From: an uncultured Mediterraneibacter sp.
Lineage (GTDB): Bacteria; Bacillota; Clostridia; Lachnospirales; Lachnospiraceae
DNA length: 53,460 nt
Assembly (NCBI GenBank): GCA_944377775.1
Contig: CALWFY010000164.1
Location: 1-53,460, forward strand
Reading direction: 5' to 3'
A program made the translations under genes and the position numbers. The notes beneath the pieces are model-generated. The model had not been told where the DNA came from. It made no database searches and saw nothing but the letters and a program-made list of their open reading frames with translations. Positions 50,891-53,460 of this stretch are shown here, in pieces (position 1 is the first letter of the stretch; each line of letters starts with the position of its first letter).

Positions 50891-52879
50891 ATGGAAAATT
50901 GGAGGAAATACGAAAAGGCATATTTTATGCCCCCTGAGCCGTGCTATGACTGGGTGAAAAAAGATGCAGTGGATAAAGCGCCCATCTGGTGCAGTGTTGA
51001 TCTGCGGGATGGAAATCAGGCTCTGATTGAACCCATGAGTCTGGATGAAAAACTGGAATTTTTCCAGCTTTTGGTGGATGTGGGATTTAAAGTGATTGAG
51101 GTCGGATTTCCGGCAGCCTCAGAGACTGAGTACCAGTTTCTGCGAACACTGATCGAGCAGAATATGATTCCCGATGATGTGACAATACAGGTACTGACTC
51201 AGGCGAGAGAGCACATCATCAGGAGAACATTCGAGGCGGTAAAGGGAGCGCCCCACGCGATCATCCATGTGTACAATTCTACATCAGTGGCACAGAGAGA
51301 GCAGGTGTTCCGAAAAGATAAAGACGAGATTAAGAAGATCGCGGTGGACGGAGCAAAGCTGCTGAAGCGTCTGGCAAAAGAGACGAGCGGAAATTTCACA
51401 TTTGAATACAGTCCTGAGAGTTTTCAGGGAACCGAGGTGGATTATGCCCTTGATGTGTGCAATGCGGTTCTGAATGTATGGAAACCGACAAAAAATAATA
51501 AGGCAATCATCAATCTCCCGACAACAGTCGAGAATGCCATGCCTCATGTGTTTGCAAGTCAGGTGGAATATTTTAATAAACACCTGCTTCACAGGGAAAA
51601 TGTTATCCTTTCTCTGCATCCGCACAATGACAGGGGTTCAGGCATCAGTGATGCAGAGCTTGGTATCCTTGCCGGCGCGGACCGTATTGAAGGCACGCTG
51701 TTTGGAAACGGCGAGCGCACCGGAAATGTAGACATCATCACGCTTGCCATGAACATGTTTTCCCAGGGCGTTGACCCAAAACTTGATTTTTCGAACATGA
51801 GCGACATCTGTGAAGTGTACGAGCGCGTGACGCGGATGCATGTATCCCCGCGCCAGCCTTATGCCGGCGAATTGGTATTTACCGCATTTTCCGGTTCCCA
51901 TCAGGATGCGATTGCAAAAGGAATGGCATGGAGGGAAGAGCATGACTGCGACAAATGGACAGTGCCGTATCTTCCCATCGACCCGCAGGATGTGGGGAGA
52001 AGATATGATTCGGATGTCATCCGCATCAACAGCCAGTCAGGCAAAGGCGGCGTAAACTACATCTTAAAGCAGAGCTTTGGTATCAGCCTTCCGGAGAAGA
52101 TGAAAGAGGAGGTGGGATACCTTGTCAAAGATGTTTCCGACAAGGCACACAAAGAGCTTACGCCTGATTGGGTATACCACATATTTGAGGATAATTATAT
52201 TAACGCGAAGTCTGTATTCACCGTGGATGAATGTCACTTTACGCAGGAAGACGGCATCATGGCGGAAGCAACGATCCACCACAACGGCAATAACCGAAAG
52301 ATCATGGGTGTAGGAAACGGACGACTGGATGCAGTGAGCAATGCCATCAAGCACTATTTTGACGTGAGCTATGAACTGGCATTTTATGAAGAACATTCAC
52401 TGACAAAAGGGTCTTCCTCCAGAGCGGTCGCATATGTGGGCGTGATCTGTAATAAGAAGCGTTACTGGGGAGTCGGGATTGACGCGGATATTATTAAGGC
52501 TTCCATAGAAGCTCTTGTTGTGGCAGTAAATAAGATTAAAGAGGTAGCAGAAAGACAGAACGGAAAAGATGAGCGGCTTCTGGAAATTACAAATTATATT
52601 TATGCAAATTACAAAGATGTAACACTTGATATCCTGTCGGAGAAGTTTTTCCTTTCTAAACCTTATCTCTCTAAATATATTAAAGAGAAATCCGGCATGA
52701 CTTTCGGTGATATTCTGAAAAAGATTCGGATGAAAAAGGCGAGAGCCATGCTGAGGGGAAGCAGCGCGACTGTTGAAAGCATTGCTGAGTCCGTGGGATA
52801 TCAGAATGTGGAGCATTTTAACCGGGTGTTTAAGAAGATGTACAATATCACACCGGTGCAGTATCGGAATCGGAAATAA
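50891..52879 (+). CDS. leuA: 2-isopropylmalate synthase fused to a C-terminal AraC-type HTH
   Basis: [32 protein letters not shown]; last ~105 aa has YLSKYIK..G.TF and [20 protein letters not shown]. Confidence 0.92.
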   Translation: MENWRKYEKAYFMPPEPCYDWVKKDAVDKAPIWCSVDLRDGNQALIEPMSLDEKLEFFQLLVDVGFKVIEVGFPAASETEYQFLRTLIEQNMIPDDVTIQVLTQAREHIIRRTFEAVKGAPHAIIHVYNSTSVAQREQVFRKDKDEIKKIAVDGAKLLKRLAKETSGNFTFEYSPESFQGTEVDYALDVCNAVLNVWKPTKNNKAIINLPTTVENAMPHVFASQVEYFNKHLLHRENVILSLHPHNDRGSGISDAELGILAGADRIEGTLFGNGERTGNVDIITLAMNMFSQGVDPKLDFSNMSDICEVYERVTRMHVSPRQPYAGELVFTAFSGSHQDAIAKGMAWREEHDCDKWTVPYLPIDPQDVGRRYDSDVIRINSQSGKGGVNYILKQSFGISLPEKMKEEVGYLVKDVSDKAHKELTPDWVYHIFEDNYINAKSVFTVDECHFTQEDGIMAEATIHHNGNNRKIMGVGNGRLDAVSNAIKHYFDVSYELAFYEEHSLTKGSSSRAVAYVGVICNKKRYWGVGIDADIIKASIEALVVAVNKIKEVAERQNGKDERLLEITNYIYANYKDVTLDILSEKFFLSKPYLSKYIKEKSGMTFGDILKKIRMKKARAMLRGSSATVESIAESVGYQNVEHFNRVFKKMYNITPVQYRNRK

Positions 52880-52891
52880 ATACAAAGGTAT

Positions 52892-52941
52892 AAAGAGCGC
52901 GTCCAGCTGAGAGACTGATGTCCTTTTTGGGCGCGTTTTTT
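52892..52941 (+). terminator. Terminator after leuA
   Basis: gagcgcgtcca...tgggcgcgttt + T run (large loop). Confidence 0.55.
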
Positions 52942-53090
52942 CTGTGTTTTAACCAGGGGAAATGTCTATGTCAAAAAAATGTCAATTATGGGTATTTTTG
53001 AATTGAAATTCCTGGTGTGTTGATATATACTAAAATAGGCAGAAATTTTCGTTTATTTTAAACAAATTTATTGATATGGAGGGCTAGATT

Positions 53091-53460
53091 ATGAGCTACA
53101 ATGCAACAAAGAACTCAGCAAGCAGACGAATTGTCACGCTGCTTGATGAGGGCAGCTTTGTTGAGATCGGCGGCGCTGTTACAGCGAGAAGTACAGATTT
53201 CAACATGCAGCAGAAAGAGACTCCGTCTGACGGCGTTATTACCGGATATGGAGTGATTGACGGTAACCTTGTATATGTGTACAGTCAGGATGCCACGGTT
53301 CTCAACGGGGCGATCGGCGAGATGCACGCCCAAAAGATTGCCAATATCTATGATATGGCAATGAAGATGGGCGCGCCGGTGATCGGACTGATTGACTGCG
53401 CAGGCTTAAGACTGCAGGAGGCTACCGATGCGCTGGAGGCGTTTGGCGGATTATATTACA
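53091..53460 (+). CDS. Acyl-CoA carboxylase/decarboxylase carboxyltransferase subunit (runs off window)
   Basis: Manual translation RIVTLLDEGSFVEIG...DGVITGYG..DG..VYVYSQD..G.IGEMH..KI...GAPVIGLIDCAGLRLQE. Confidence 0.9.
   Translation, partial: MSYNATKNSASRRIVTLLDEGSFVEIGGAVTARSTDFNMQQKETPSDGVITGYGVIDGNLVYVYSQDATVLNGAIGEMHAQKIANIYDMAMKMGAPVIGLIDCAGLRLQEATDALEAFGGLYY

Overview
Chromosomal window from a spore-forming Clostridia bacterium, probably Lachnospiraceae (inferred from gene content and order). The backbone runs recN(partial)-spoIVB-spo0A-glgA-metF-split MetH-[FeFe] hydrogenase-alaS-rpsU-gdhA, then a yybP-ykoY riboswitch-controlled unit (P-type ATPase, ftsH pseudogene with two in-frame TAG stops, second P-type ATPase), fliB-like and brnQ, a cupin/aldo-keto reductase/flavodoxin/MATE block, ALDH/ADH, patB, LMW-PTP, a DnaJ-domain gene, dacF, deoC, a metallophosphoesterase, scpAB, dacB, a leuA-AraC fusion and a partial carboxyltransferase. 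Two AT-rich accessory islands interrupt it. Island 1 (~25231-31133) sits inside a cupin gene, is bracketed by a ~294 bp direct repeat of that gene's 5' end, and keeps only decayed Tn554-like recombinase remnants. It carries an intact two-gene operon: an effector-less STAND NTPase-TPR (NLR-like) protein plus a divergent YdcF/DUF218-like enzyme. This pair is the best candidate for an undescribed, possibly anti-phage, system. Island 2 (~39540-43780) carries two Fic proteins, a restriction-endonuclease remnant and an AbiE-like HTH/nucleotidyltransferase pair. All calls come from motif recognition by eye; no searches were run.
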